From a virus (taxonomy: Duplodnaviria > Caudoviricetes), in the IMG/VR virus record IMGVR_UViG_3300012953_000012, positions 141,565-205,564 of that record: 64,000 bases of DNA. One strand, given 5' to 3'. Below, piece after piece: positions 1 to 9,880 of the stretch. Below the pieces are notes generated by a model. It worked only from the letters and a program-made list of their open reading frames with translations, was not told the origin of the DNA and ran no database searches. Position 1 is the first letter of the stretch. Each line of letters starts with the position of its first letter. Position numbers and translations under genes: made by a program.

Positions 1-1
1 C

Positions 2-808
2 CAGGACCCGACCTGGGGGGTGGCCGCCTACCCCAACGGGATCGGGCTTCCGAATACCCTGCGGAGGCTCAGGAGGGGGCCGTCAAGCGGAGAGGCAGAC
101 TTGTGGTTGGATCGTTCGACCCTCTTCCCCCCGAAACCACTGCCGAGCGGGGCGGACATCAGCGCACAGTTGGCCCTCAAGGGCTACGGAGGGGCCTGGA
201 CGACCGGCTTCGGCTGGTCAGACTACTGCCCCGTCCTGTTCAGTGCCCCGGACGGCACGGCAGCGAATATGTACACCCTCCGCATCAAGTTTGTCCGGCG
301 TTTGCTCATGGACTACGAGAGCGGGAGCCTGCTCGACGCAGCGAGCATGGTCTTGAAGGTGGCAGCGGCGGCCAACTCTCGCTCCCCTACGGAGTCTGAG
401 TGGATTACCAAACGGTTCCTCGACGAGGCCCTGGCTCCCCTCGACAAGTTGCTGGTGGACATCGAGAAGTTCCTGCTGGCCATCCTGGACGGGCTGCAAG
501 GCATGATCGACAAGATCATCGCCTACATCGAAGCCATCCAGGCCCGCATCTACCAGATCCAGCAACTCATCCAGATGATCCGGGCGCTGTTGAACTCACT
601 GACGATGTTCGACCTGCCGTCCATGTCGGGTCTGCTCCTGGTGGAGAACGGCACGGATGGGATCACGAAAGGCTTGATCACCGCAGGGAACAAGCCTTCA
701 GACTCGGCTCTCTCCTACGGCGGTGGGGTGCTTGTCATGGCAGGCGGGGTCCCGGCGATTCTGCTTGAGATCCTGGAGTTGATCCTGGGCGGCGGGGGGA
801 GCGAGTAG
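2..808 (+). CDS. Hypothetical protein, 5'-truncated at window edge (possibly virion structural)
   Basis: Frame is open from position 2 (QDPTWGVAAYP...). Coiled-coil-like central region; stop TAG directly abuts the next ATG. Confidence 0.6.
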   Translation, partial: QDPTWGVAAYPNGIGLPNTLRRLRRGPSSGEADLWLDRSTLFPPKPLPSGADISAQLALKGYGGAWTTGFGWSDYCPVLFSAPDGTAANMYTLRIKFVRRLLMDYESGSLLDAASMVLKVAAAANSRSPTESEWITKRFLDEALAPLDKLLVDIEKFLLAILDGLQGMIDKIIAYIEAIQARIYQIQQLIQMIRALLNSLTMFDLPSMSGLLLVENGTDGITKGLITAGNKPSDSALSYGGGVLVMAGGVPAILLEILELILGGGGSE

Positions 809-1609
809 ATGCCTTCATTCTCTTACCAAGGTGCGTTCCGTGAGGGTCAGTGGCGAGCCTTCCGAACCTTTGCGTTGCGCGAGCGGCGGGACTTCTCGTC
901 CAGGTCCATGGTCATCTCCACCGAGATGGAGCGCATCGGGAAGATTGATCTCCTCTACGCCCGTGACCTGACCACAGGTGCGGTGACACAGGAGCGCATC
1001 GGGGTCGTGATCGAGAACCCTACCTCCAGCATCGGGAAACTCCTGACGGCTTACTGCACACTGGGAGGCAATCCCCTGGACATCAGCCTGTTTCTCTACC
1101 CCAATGATTCCGATCTTCCGGGGGATGGGTTCGCGTACCCGAAGGGGTTCACCTACTCACTCCAAGGCCAGGAGCAGGACGCAGACAGCAACATCGAAAA
1201 GTACCAGCCCTCCCGTATCGGCGGTACGCGGGACACCCCCAGCGAGGTCACAAGCGTGACCCTGGGCCTTGTGCGTGACCCCATCATCCAGGAGATGTAC
1301 CAGAAGCGTATCCTCCTGGAGGAACGCATCCTCAAACTGGCCGACCTCTACGACCAACTGGAGAAGGAGCAGACCTTGATGCTCCGCGCACAGGGTGTTG
1401 GGACTATCGGACAACAGGCGTGGTCCTCGGAGAAGTACGACAAGAACCACAGCATCCCGTGTGTGGTGTTCCTGCTCGACCGGACGTTCCGCACGGCAGC
1501 ACCTGACGGACGGGTTGAGGCCGTGTCCAATGTCAACCTGACCAACCTGGGACCGCTGCCGCAGTTGCTGGGCGATGTCCTTCCGGGGGATGGGAACAAC
1601 GCTCTGTGA
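809..1609 (+). CDS. Hypothetical protein (266 aa)
   Basis: Long ORF with typical GC3 codon bias, directly abutting the upstream gene. Confidence 0.7.
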   Translation: MPSFSYQGAFREGQWRAFRTFALRERRDFSSRSMVISTEMERIGKIDLLYARDLTTGAVTQERIGVVIENPTSSIGKLLTAYCTLGGNPLDISLFLYPNDSDLPGDGFAYPKGFTYSLQGQEQDADSNIEKYQPSRIGGTRDTPSEVTSVTLGLVRDPIIQEMYQKRILLEERILKLADLYDQLEKEQTLMLRAQGVGTIGQQAWSSEKYDKNHSIPCVVFLLDRTFRTAAPDGRVEAVSNVNLTNLGPLPQLLGDVLPGDGNNAL

Positions 1610-1611
1610 TC

Positions 1612-1628
1612 CGTTAGAGCGCCTATCG
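1612..1628 (+). promoter_or_regulatory. Late-class motif CGTTAG-N5-CTATCG
   Basis: Matches a motif recurring about 14 times upstream of structural or tagged genes. Confidence 0.65.
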
Positions 1629-1651
1629 GGTCCTTCCTGGCAGGAGACCCC

Positions 1652-2632
1652 ATGCGCCCTGACCCTACGAACGTCGCCAACCGCTTCGCCAAGAAGTGGA
1701 AGAAACTGCCCCCTGGATGGACCGACGAGTCCGTCAAGAAGTTTTGGAAGACGCTCGGCAAGGGCACTCCCGAGCACAAGGTGTGGAACTGCATCGAGAA
1801 GATGGACGGACACATCCCCAACACGGGAGCCTTCTGCGGCGGCCTGGCCGACTGGCAGATGCCTGGGTGGCGAGAGAAAAACAAGAAGGAGTCCCCCGAG
1901 GCTCGCTCCGATGCGAAGTCCTACTGGAAGGGCAAGATCAAGAAGAAGATGAAGGGGAAGAAGGCATCGGAGAAGTACGACTGGGAGGTCAGCGGCTACC
2001 CTATCGAGGAAGATCGTGGGGCGGTCGCCAAGTTCCGAGGAACAGAGCAGGAGTTTGTTCGGTGGTACAACTCCGAAAGGTTCGATGACCTGTGGGACGA
2101 CATCCAGATTGAAACCTACGACATCCGCTCCAAGAGGAGGCTTGACGACTGGGCTGTGGAAAGAGGCCGTCTGGAAAAACTGGCTTCGGCTCAACGGGTG
2201 GCGCTCCGGTACGCAGCCCGGCACTCTCCTCCCTCGATCATGGGATCAGCCAACATGCTGAAGCGCCAGGGTCTGACCCCGGTGGACGTGTGGTTCGGCG
2301 AAGTGAAGCCCCATCGACGCCCCATGCTGGAGTTGGGTGACATGGTGCAGACCCGAGGCGGTGATCTCATGTACTTCGCTGGCGTAGCCTCCGATGGTGG
2401 GGCCATCCTCGGCAAGAACGAGCGCGAAGCCGAGCGCCTTCACAAGCAGGTGATCGAGGACCGCAAGCACCACTCGTCACGCGCCGCGTTTGGCAGCCCT
2501 CTCATGCTCCAGCCTGACTACGGCCACGGTGATGCAGCGGTGCCGGACGGTCGCGTGCCTCCATGCCAGCAGGGATACCACCCATGCCAGCACGGACTCC
2601 CCTGCGAATGTGGCGGCGGGTGCGGCAAGTAG
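1652..2632 (+). CDS. Lys-rich putative internal virion protein with KxAS/RVAxRY tag
   Basis: GGAG RBS; contains KKASEK and KLASAQRVALRYAAR; Cys-rich C-terminus CQQGYHPCQHGLPCECGGGCGK. Confidence 0.7.
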   Translation: MRPDPTNVANRFAKKWKKLPPGWTDESVKKFWKTLGKGTPEHKVWNCIEKMDGHIPNTGAFCGGLADWQMPGWREKNKKESPEARSDAKSYWKGKIKKKMKGKKASEKYDWEVSGYPIEEDRGAVAKFRGTEQEFVRWYNSERFDDLWDDIQIETYDIRSKRRLDDWAVERGRLEKLASAQRVALRYAARHSPPSIMGSANMLKRQGLTPVDVWFGEVKPHRRPMLELGDMVQTRGGDLMYFAGVASDGGAILGKNEREAERLHKQVIEDRKHHSSRAAFGSPLMLQPDYGHGDAAVPDGRVPPCQQGYHPCQHGLPCECGGGCGK

Positions 2633-2692
2633 CAAACACACCCTCCCCGTTGGGTATGACGTAGACAGGTCAACACTAACGGGAGCAGACCA

Positions 2693-2857
2693 GTGTACGA
2701 GAGCCGTGACCAGCGCCAAGAAGTCCAGGACTGGGTGGACGCCCAGTCCGAATGTCCCAGCCGAAAGGAAACCCAGCGACGGTTCCCTGAGATCCCCATC
2801 AAGCACGTCCGGGCCGCGATCCAGTCGCGCAAGGACCGTGATGGGAGGGGACAATGA
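2693..2857 (+). CDS. Small hypothetical protein (54 aa, MYESRDQRQEV...)
   Basis: GGAG RBS and GTG start; stop overlaps the SLT start (ATGA). Not in the supplied ORF track. Confidence 0.5.
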   Translation: MYESRDQRQEVQDWVDAQSECPSRKETQRRFPEIPIKHVRAAIQSRKDRDGRGQ

Positions 2858-3435
2858 CCCGCGAAGGCAGGGAGGAGGCGACCCTCCTTCTGTTCGGGGT
2901 GGTGTTCCTGATGCTCTGGCAGTGTGACGAGCCTTCGGCGCGTGCGCTCCCTCCACTGGAGATCCCGGACACGGCGGTGGCAGCACCTGAGCCTGACCCT
3001 CCCGAGGACTTCGCACGGCACTGTGACGTCAAGCCGCCGGTCGGCTTCAACCGCATGGTCGAGAAGGCTGCCCAGGAGTCCGAGATCAACCCCCGACTCC
3101 TGGCGCTGACCGTGTACCGCGAGAGCCGGTGCAAGGTGGACGCAGTCGGGGCGGTCGGGGAGATCGGTCTGGGGCAGGTGTACCCGGCCATCTGGACCAA
3201 GGTACTGACCGACGAGGGGATCATCGGCTCGGTAGATGACCTCTACGATCCTGAGGTCAACCTGCGTGCGGTCGGCTTCATCCTGGGCGAAGCCTTGCGT
3301 TACGCGAAGGGAGACCCCACCGATGCACTCCGAAGATACAACGGCACCGGCCCCGCAGCAGAGCGGTACGCCCACGAGCAAACCCACCTCTACCAAGCCA
3401 TGTGGGGAGAATCCCTCTGGTTCCGAGACAGGTAG
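2854..3435 (+). CDS. Lytic transglycosylase (SLT family) with N-terminal membrane anchor
   Basis: Catalytic motif YRES, GLGQ motif, DPEVNL and RRYNG motifs; hydrophobic LLLFGVVFLMLW. Confidence 0.85.
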   Translation: MTREGREEATLLLFGVVFLMLWQCDEPSARALPPLEIPDTAVAAPEPDPPEDFARHCDVKPPVGFNRMVEKAAQESEINPRLLALTVYRESRCKVDAVGAVGEIGLGQVYPAIWTKVLTDEGIIGSVDDLYDPEVNLRAVGFILGEALRYAKGDPTDALRRYNGTGPAAERYAHEQTHLYQAMWGESLWFRDR

Positions 3436-3692
3436 CCTGACCCTGTGTGGCCCCAGCCTACGACCCCAGCCTATCTGCGACTGGGGAGGCTGCTCCCAGC
3501 GGGCGACACAGGCCCGGCTGTGGCAACGGCTGTGGCTGCCCGTCTGTGATACCTGTGCCGTGAGATAGCCTCACCGACCCGCCTGCCCCCGCCGTCTTTC
3601 ACTCTTCTTGTTCAGCGGCCAGGACAGGCGGGTCGTTTTGGTACTTCGTCTATGGGGCACGGGTATGGTGGGGCTTCCCCGTGGAGCCGACC

Positions 3693-3887
3693 ATGCCTCT
3701 CTTTGAATACCGCTGCCAGAAGTGCGGACACGAGTTTGAACGGCTCGTCAAACACTCCGAACGCGACACACCCCAGAAATGCGTCAACCCGAAATGCGAG
3801 TCCACGGACACGAGGAAACTCGTCTCCCGGACTTCCTTCTCTCTCAAAGGAGGAGGCTGGGCAGCAGACGGCTACGCGAACGACTGA
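3693..3887 (+). CDS. FmdB-family zinc-ribbon protein
   Basis: MPLFEYRCQKCGHEFE...C..C...FSLKGGGWAADGY. Confidence 0.85.
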   Translation: MPLFEYRCQKCGHEFERLVKHSERDTPQKCVNPKCESTDTRKLVSRTSFSLKGGGWAADGYAND

Positions 3888-3894
3888 GTGACCC

Positions 3895-5148
3895 ATGCCA
3901 TACCGCCTACTGACTGCCCTACTGACCGTGACCCTTGCTGGGTGTCCCAGCCCAACGCCCCCGGAGCCAACGACGTGCCAGGCTGATCCCGCGTGGATCA
4001 CCAACCCGTCGATGCCCGGAGAGGTGCCTGAGGCTGAGTCCTTCTGCGACTTCTACCAGTTCAGTTGGCAGTGGATGATCGCCCAGGCCAGCCCTGACCA
4101 GAGCGGAGAGCCGGTGTTCATGCAGAACCGGGTCTACTCCCCGACCGGAGGCAACGACCAGTGTGCCGATGCGCCCATCACAGGCGTCCTGGGGGCCATG
4201 GAGCAGTTGATCCCACGTCAGGGCAAGCCCACCAACTTTGAGGACGCCCAGGCGGACGGCAACGCCCTCTACGACCAGAACGGCAACGTCCTCTACTACA
4301 ACGCCTTCTACTCCCAGGAGTTGTGCAGCGCGACCTCAGCCGGGTTCGTGCCGGGCACGCTGGAAGCAAAGGTGTCGTGGATGATCCTCCAGGAAGGGAC
4401 GCACCACACCTACTACACGGTCAGCGCCTCGCTACCGGGTCACGAGGAGCAACTCACCCTCGGCCTGGTCGGGCTTCACCTGGCCATCTGGACACCCCAC
4501 CACCCGGAAATGATCTGGGCCACCTGGGAGCACAAGACCAACGCACCGCTGTGCAACGGGAGCAGCGCCGCGAGCGGTTGGTCCCTGGCCTCGGACGAGG
4601 CGGCGGCGTGTCTACAGGCCAATGCGACCGTAGGACCTGGACCGTCGCCTCGGTGCGCGTCGTTCAACTTCAACACGGCCCACCCTCACTCCAGTGAGGT
4701 CCCTGTCACGGGTGATCCCATCAACGTCTGTCGGCAGTACGCCTACGGCAACCAGGACGGCACCGCAGTCAACGGGAACGACAACGTGGCGAACCTGGCG
4801 GCGATCACAGAACTCAACACTGCGCTCGTCGGCGACGAAGGGCTCCTGACCCAACTGCCCTCGGACAACCCGATGCAGGTCTGGTCCAACTACGAGATGG
4901 TGGGAGCCATCTGGACGAAGGACGGTGCGGACTCTGGACCGCCTCCCGTGCCGAGCACTCAGACGCAAGGCCCCGGTGATGCCAACAGCCCCCAGCGCGG
5001 CTCGTTGGAACTGACCAACATGACCCTGGAAACCTTCCAGCAGGGCGACACCAGTGCGGTGCCTAACTGCTTCGGGTGCCACAACTACGACTCGTCGAAG
5101 CCTCTGGACGTCTCACACATCCAGTCGAAGTTGCTGCCGTCAGAGTGA
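3895..5148 (+). CDS. Lipoprotein with C-terminal c-type heme motif
   Basis: Signal peptide with lipobox LAGC; CFGCH near the C-terminus; several other Cys. Confidence 0.75.
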   Translation: MPYRLLTALLTVTLAGCPSPTPPEPTTCQADPAWITNPSMPGEVPEAESFCDFYQFSWQWMIAQASPDQSGEPVFMQNRVYSPTGGNDQCADAPITGVLGAMEQLIPRQGKPTNFEDAQADGNALYDQNGNVLYYNAFYSQELCSATSAGFVPGTLEAKVSWMILQEGTHHTYYTVSASLPGHEEQLTLGLVGLHLAIWTPHHPEMIWATWEHKTNAPLCNGSSAASGWSLASDEAAACLQANATVGPGPSPRCASFNFNTAHPHSSEVPVTGDPINVCRQYAYGNQDGTAVNGNDNVANLAAITELNTALVGDEGLLTQLPSDNPMQVWSNYEMVGAIWTKDGADSGPPPVPSTQTQGPGDANSPQRGSLELTNMTLETFQQGDTSAVPNCFGCHNYDSSKPLDVSHIQSKLLPSE

Positions 5149-5151
5149 GAC

Positions 5152-5168
5152 CGGTAGTCCGTCTATCG
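5152..5168 (+). promoter_or_regulatory. Late-class motif CGGTAG-N5-CTATCG
   Basis: Exact consensus 28 nt upstream of ATG 5197. Confidence 0.7.
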
Positions 5169-5196
5169 AAAACCACCAGCAACGAAGGAGGTCAAC

Positions 5197-5697
5197 ATGG
5201 CCCGCAAACTGATGGCTTCTGACCGGAAGTCCCTGATCCGTCTGGCGTCCTCACTCCCCGTAGGTAGTGAGGATCGGAGAACCATCCTCTCCGCGCTCAA
5301 GAAAGCCCGGACCTTCAACCCGTACCGCACGGGTCACAAGTACGGCATCGACTTGAAGACCGTGGACAACAAGACCGTGAAGCGGTACGGCTCTGATGGT
5401 AATGCCACTTCGGGACTCAGCGGGCTGTTTTACGCCACCGGAACCGTCACTGACTCCAGCCGCCCCGGAGAGCACCCCTTCATGGCGGTGTTCCGCATCG
5501 ACCAATCACCACGGTCGGGGACAATGATCTTTGATGTGGAGCGGGTGTATGGCAGAAGTGCCGAGGCCGCGATGAACGCCGAGATCGCCTCGTATGTCTT
5601 TTTTCAGAACTCCAGGGCTGCTTCCAAGTTGGTGGACATGCTGGGCCGCATCCAGTACGTTCCCGCACCCGGAACCGAGCGTGACTTCATGGATTGA
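5197..5697 (+). CDS. Putative internal virion protein with N-terminal LIRLASSLPVGS tag
   Basis: AAGGAGG RBS; N-terminus ASDRKSLIRLASSLPVGSEDRRTILSALKKA. Confidence 0.8.
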   Translation: MARKLMASDRKSLIRLASSLPVGSEDRRTILSALKKARTFNPYRTGHKYGIDLKTVDNKTVKRYGSDGNATSGLSGLFYATGTVTDSSRPGEHPFMAVFRIDQSPRSGTMIFDVERVYGRSAEAAMNAEIASYVFFQNSRAASKLVDMLGRIQYVPAPGTERDFMD

Positions 5698-5797
5698 GGC
5701 CGTACTTGAGCAGGCGGTAGATCTTGAGGACGAGGTAACCGTAGACGGCGGTGCAGATGAACACGCCCGCAGCCATGCCGAGAATGAAGTGGGTCAC
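5687..5797 (-). CDS. Small membrane peptide (36 aa, MTHFILGMAAGVFICTAVYGYLVLKIYRLLKYGLNP)
   Basis: GTG start overlaps the upstream TGA (GTGA); single hydrophobic helix. Confidence 0.5.
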   Translation of the reverse strand: MTHFILGMAAGVFICTAVYGYLVLKIYRLLKYGLNP

Positions 5798-6033
5798 GGA
5801 TCACCCTGCTTCATCGAGGGGGCTTGCCCATCCTCCAAAGCAGGAACAGGCAGACGCCGAGGACGAAGGTGATCTGGTACACCAGCGGGAGCAGCATCGG
5901 ACGCGCTCTCCTTGCGAAGGCGTTCGACCTCAGCGAGCAGCCTCTTGAGATCCTGCTGCGCGGTCAGGATGTGCCACTTGTAGAAACTGTCCGCCATGCG
6001 GCTTCGGATGGCTTCCAGTTCGTCGTCGGTCAT
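5794..6033 (-). CDS. Hypothetical protein (MTDDELEAIRSR...LLAEVERLR)
   Basis: Typical small phage protein motif; GAGAG RBS. Confidence 0.6.
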   Translation of the reverse strand: MTDDELEAIRSRMADSFYKWHILTAQQDLKRLLAEVERLRKESASDAAPAGVPDHLRPRRLPVPALEDGQAPSMKQGDP

Positions 6034-6256
6034 TGGTCTCTCTCGCCAAAAGCGCACGGGCCTTGTGGTACGCCTCCTCGGAGCAGGAGGCGCGGACGTG
6101 AGCATGGTACGCATCCGCATGATCTTCCGTGGCGTACCACGGAGTCAATGGGTCTCCGTTGTCGGGGTTGGCGTCAACGGGGCGAGGGGGGACAAGGCGT
6201 CCCTCCTTGCGTGGCAGCAACTTGCCGCCGGATCGGATGAAGTAGTACCAGCGCAT
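5930..6256 (-). CDS. Hypothetical protein (MRWYYFIR...)
   Basis: Start follows the upstream stop, but the ORF overlaps the next gene by about 100 nt. Confidence 0.45.
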   Translation of the reverse strand: MRWYYFIRSGGKLLPRKEGRLVPPRPVDANPDNGDPLTPWYATEDHADAYHAHVRASCSEEAYHKARALLARETNDRRRTGSHPKPHGGQFLQVAHPDRAAGSQEAAR

Positions 6257-6265
6257 GACCCTATG

Positions 6266-6574
6266 CTACCCGGCGTCGTCCATGATGGAGGCGTACTCCT
6301 CGGGGGTCAGGGTGACCTCCGCACCGGATTCGTCCAGGGCCTCGACGACCCAGTGGTTGGAGACTGTCCAGGCCAGTGACCCCATGTCCACGCCGTCGTG
6401 CGTCAGGGTCTTTTCCTCCGGGGGTGGTCCCAGGATCACCCGTCCGTTGCACTCGGCCCAGGGGAACTTCTCGCCTCCCTCGGCCAGGTACGCTGTGATG
6501 GTCTGATCTTCACGTCGGATGTTGATCTGCAAGTCCGCCGGAAGTCCGGTCGGTGTGGTGATTGCTCCGCTCAT
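6266..6574 (-). CDS. Hypothetical protein (MSGAITTPTG...)
   Basis: AAGGAG RBS; ATGA overlap with the upstream gene. Confidence 0.65.
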   Translation of the reverse strand: MSGAITTPTGLPADLQINIRREDQTITAYLAEGGEKFPWAECNGRVILGPPPEEKTLTHDGVDMGSLAWTVSNHWVVEALDESGAEVTLTPEEYASIMDDAG

Positions 6575-7884
6575 GCTGACTCCTTTGAAGTCTCGGCTGG
6601 GGTTCCCAGCACATAGGTGTGGCTGTCGGGGACCGAGCCTCGGCTTCCCTTCTTGTAGGGCTTCACCCATCGCCGTTTCAGAGCGAGTTGTTCGGTGATC
6701 GTTTGCTTTTCGGTTCGGTGATGGGCCTCAGCCCGGCGCAGAGCCGCGACAATAGGCACTAAGGTAGTGATCTCAGGGTCGTCTTCGGAGAGGCTTGCCA
6801 GACGCTTGCGGGCTTTGTTGGCCTCTTCCTGGGCCTCGTCGTGTGCTTGCGTGGCTTCCCGGATGCGGTGGGCGATGGTGTCTCGTCGAGGCCACCAGTG
6901 GCCTCGGACCCAATGCTCACGTTGGGAGGTCCCCGTACCAGTGCTGGTGGAGGGTTCGTTGCCTCGGATGCGGACGGAACGCCCAACCCACGAAACGATG
7001 TCGGTGGGCAGCGTGGTCAACTGCTTCCGCAACTTACGCCCCCGACTCTTGTTTGGATTCTTCATGCGGCCCAGAGCGGTCGTGATCTCCTTGCGGCGGA
7101 GGTTGGCCTCGACCACAGCCTCGTCCAGAGTGACCTCCGCGTCCTGGCAGTCCATATAGAGCAGAGCGTTGAAGAGCACGCGCATCACATGGAGGACGCC
7201 CGCGATGGCCGTCCCTCCGTCGTTCCTGGGCATCTGGGTGGACAGTCCGAGGCTGCGTCCAAAATCAGTCATCTCAGTCAGCGAGGCATCGCGCTCGGGA
7301 TCATTCAGCATGGCAAGGAGGTAGGTCTCCAGGTCCGTATTCCTCATCTCCGCGAGATCGAAGGTGAACCACATGGACGCATCGTCGCCGGGGCCGTGGG
7401 AGCGTTCATTCTCCATGCCCCAGATATAGACGTTGATCATCCCTTCGGGGCAGGTGACCTCACCTTCCACGTCCTGGATGCACTCGCCTGGGGGGACGTA
7501 GCGCACGAACACGCCTCCGACCTTGTGCCAGAGGGTCTTTTCGCCACCCCAGATCTGGGCCTCGCAGTCCGGCAACGCCATGTAGAGACAGCGGTAGGGC
7601 AACTTGAGTTCGTTGAACCCAATGTCCTTCAACGAGGTGCGGGCCAATGCGTCCTGCATCTCGTTGGGGACCACAAAGGTCTGACGGCCTTGTGTGCGGT
7701 ACTCCGCAAGGAACAGGGTGAGGGTGTAGAGGGCACGGTGGAACCCCACGCCGGGCATATCGAAAAGAGGCATCACCGACTGTTGGTCAGTGCCATCTAC
7801 GAGGGCCTGGACGATCTGCTCGTGGAAGGGGTCACGGGGAACCTCTCGGGGGAGCATCCGAATCTGGTCAAACACGTTGATCAT
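6571..7884 (-). CDS. Hypothetical protein with HWVRGHW...WVKPY motif
   Basis: 437-aa ORF; the motif recurs in uncharacterised phage proteins. Confidence 0.7.
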   Translation of the reverse strand: MINVFDQIRMLPREVPRDPFHEQIVQALVDGTDQQSVMPLFDMPGVGFHRALYTLTLFLAEYRTQGRQTFVVPNEMQDALARTSLKDIGFNELKLPYRCLYMALPDCEAQIWGGEKTLWHKVGGVFVRYVPPGECIQDVEGEVTCPEGMINVYIWGMENERSHGPGDDASMWFTFDLAEMRNTDLETYLLAMLNDPERDASLTEMTDFGRSLGLSTQMPRNDGGTAIAGVLHVMRVLFNALLYMDCQDAEVTLDEAVVEANLRRKEITTALGRMKNPNKSRGRKLRKQLTTLPTDIVSWVGRSVRIRGNEPSTSTGTGTSQREHWVRGHWWPRRDTIAHRIREATQAHDEAQEEANKARKRLASLSEDDPEITTLVPIVAALRRAEAHHRTEKQTITEQLALKRRWVKPYKKGSRGSVPDSHTYVLGTPAETSKESA

Positions 7885-7965
7885 GGTCAGTCCTACTTGA
7901 TGGGGGGCGAGATCACCCCCCTACAGACAAGACGCCAGCCGAGAGCCTTCGCGGACAGACTCGGA

Positions 7966-8136
7966 TTAGGACTTTTCTCGGAGGTCCTGGGCCATCTTCA
8001 ACAGGCGGCCTTCCGGCATCGCGTCACCCTTCTCGTCCATGACGTAGGACAAGGCCACCAGGATCATGGCGAGATGTTCTTCCGGGTCCTTGTGGGTGGT
8101 GCAGATCGTGTCGCAGAGAAACTTCCAGTTATCCAT
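7966..8136 (-). CDS. Small hypothetical protein (MDNWKFLCD...)
   Basis: GGAG RBS; overlaps the upstream stop. Confidence 0.55.
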   Translation of the reverse strand: MDNWKFLCDTICTTHKDPEEHLAMILVALSYVMDEKGDAMPEGRLLKMAQDLREKS

Positions 8137-8572
8137 GGTGGCTCCAGACGTAGGGGACGGGGCAGGCGTTGAGGTCCTGCTGAGGTTTGGGGGATTGCGA
8201 AAGGGTGTCGATGACCTCGGGAGGCCACCCTGCTCGGCCACAAGGCTCGGTCAGCAGGGGATCGAACCAGGCGCACTCCTGACACGCGGTGCTGGGCCAC
8301 ACGTTGTCTTCACGCCCCACTCCCAGGAGGGCGAGACGCTCCTCCTTCTGCTCGGTGGTCTGACGGGCAGTGTACGCCAGGTCTACCTCGCCGCCGTAGC
8401 CTTCCAGCAACACACGAAGGTCGGCGGCGTCCTCGTCGGTCATGACAAGGTGGACAGCGGTGGTGCCTCCGTCATGTTCGACAACGGGGTTGTGCTTCGG
8501 TTGGACCGTGAAGGGGCTACCTCTCTGCACCCACAAACGGAATAACCTTGCCCTCGTACCACCGTCCGACAT
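8129..8572 (-). CDS. Hypothetical protein, Cys-containing (CQEC)
   Basis: ORF within a co-oriented operon. Confidence 0.6.
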   Translation of the reverse strand: MSDGGTRARLFRLWVQRGSPFTVQPKHNPVVEHDGGTTAVHLVMTDEDAADLRVLLEGYGGEVDLAYTARQTTEQKEERLALLGVGREDNVWPSTACQECAWFDPLLTEPCGRAGWPPEVIDTLSQSPKPQQDLNACPVPYVWSHHG

Positions 8573-8861
8573 CCTGGGCCTCCTGCTTAGAGAGCACTCT
8601 ACCCCCGTTGCAAACCCTCACAGCAGGTCGTCCCTGGTAGGGGGGACAAGCATCGTCGTACCGCTTGACGCTGACACGCTTTCCGCTCGGTGCCATCCAT
8701 ACGGCTCCGGTGCTGGTAGACCCATGCGGCATGGCGGTTCCAACGGCGCGACGGACGGCGTCGGAGTCGGCTGCGCTGGTGAGGATGACGAGGTGGTCGT
8801 TGCCCCTGCGAAGGGATTCGTGGGTGAGGCGACAAGCGCACTCGGTTGCGATTCTGTTCAT
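8517..8861 (-). CDS. Hypothetical protein (MNRIATECAC...)
   Basis: GGAG RBS; ATGA overlap with the upstream gene. Confidence 0.55.
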   Translation of the reverse strand: MNRIATECACRLTHESLRRGNDHLVILTSAADSDAVRRAVGTAMPHGSTSTGAVWMAPSGKRVSVKRYDDACPPYQGRPAVRVCNGGRVLSKQEAQDVGRWYEGKVIPFVGAER

Positions 8862-9880
8862 GTTGTCCGCTCCTTCGGTCCCGCTGCGAGGGTCCATCCG
8901 AACCTCCGATCTGCGATTCCGTTGTAGGGGGACACGCTGATGCAAACCTCGGCGTGTCCGGTGATGGACTCCATGGCATCGCTGCACATGGAGTGGATGG
9001 CTGTGGTGATGGGGTTGAACCCATCGGAAAGGTCGTCCGCCCCCCAGAGGGTGACGGTCCACATGGTGATCGTGGCCGCATCGTCGTGTGGCTTGCCTGC
9101 CACAGCGTTGATGTTGTGCGCCCGCAGGTAGTCGATGACGCCCTTCTGGACGACTCCTGTGAGGCTCACGCGGCCTTGTGTGGTCGAGAGAGCCTTGTAG
9201 GAGTACAACCGCCGTTGGTCGTCCGAGAGGTCCGCCAGGGTGGCCGTAGGGATCTGTGTGGCCTTGCGAAGCATGGGGAGAGACCCTGCCTCGTAGCCTT
9301 TCACGCCTGTCGGGATTGCAGGCAGCCCCTTCTTCGCGATCTCGATGGCGTACTCCACGTCCATGCCTTCCTTGGTTGCGTCGGCTTCGACCCGGTCCAT
9401 GATCTGGGCACAAGTGTCGGTGTGAGCGGAGACCTGGAGCCGCATTTCTTCGGCGACCTCCATGGAGGCGATCTCCAACTGCATCCCCAGGACCACAGGG
9501 TCCAGTGTGTCGGTCAGTACAGGGACCGCCGGGTGCCCTTCTTCAGGCAACAGCCCGGAACGCAACTCGGGAACGTCCCCGTCCAGGGACGCCCGTTCCG
9601 CGATGGCTGCCTCCATGAGAGGGTTCAGCATGGTCATGCCGTTGTCATGCGTCAGGGTGAGCGGGGCACCGTGCGCCTCCCGTGCTGCCTTCTCCATGCG
9701 GGTGGATGCGGCGACGAGAGCGTCCCCGTGGCCTGCCTGGAGAGCGAGTTCAGCCAACTTGGTCAGGGCCTCCTCGGGTGCCAGCCGACCTTCCTGGAGA
9801 GCCAGCAAGACCGGTGCGGCCCCTGGTGTATCTTCCAGGAGGCGTTGAACCTGAGCAACGATGTCGAGCACGTCCCTCAC
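8858..9880 (-). CDS. Hypothetical protein (about 340 aa)
   Basis: GTG start overlapping the upstream stop; strong codon bias. Confidence 0.7.
   Translation of the reverse strand: MRDVLDIVAQVQRLLEDTPGAAPVLLALQEGRLAPEEALTKLAELALQAGHGDALVAASTRMEKAAREAHGAPLTLTHDNGMTMLNPLMEAAIAERASLDGDVPELRSGLLPEEGHPAVPVLTDTLDPVVLGMQLEIASMEVAEEMRLQVSAHTDTCAQIMDRVEADATKEGMDVEYAIEIAKKGLPAIPTGVKGYEAGSLPMLRKATQIPTATLADLSDDQRRLYSYKALSTTQGRVSLTGVVQKGVIDYLRAHNINAVAGKPHDDAATITMWTVTLWGADDLSDGFNPITTAIHSMCSDAMESITGHAEVCISVSPYNGIADRRFGWTLAAGPKERTT

Noticed and set aside
7893-7921. GGGGGG...AAGTA upstream of 7884 as a middle-class promoter
   Set aside because: Spacing is off by one and the downstream half overlaps the RBS.
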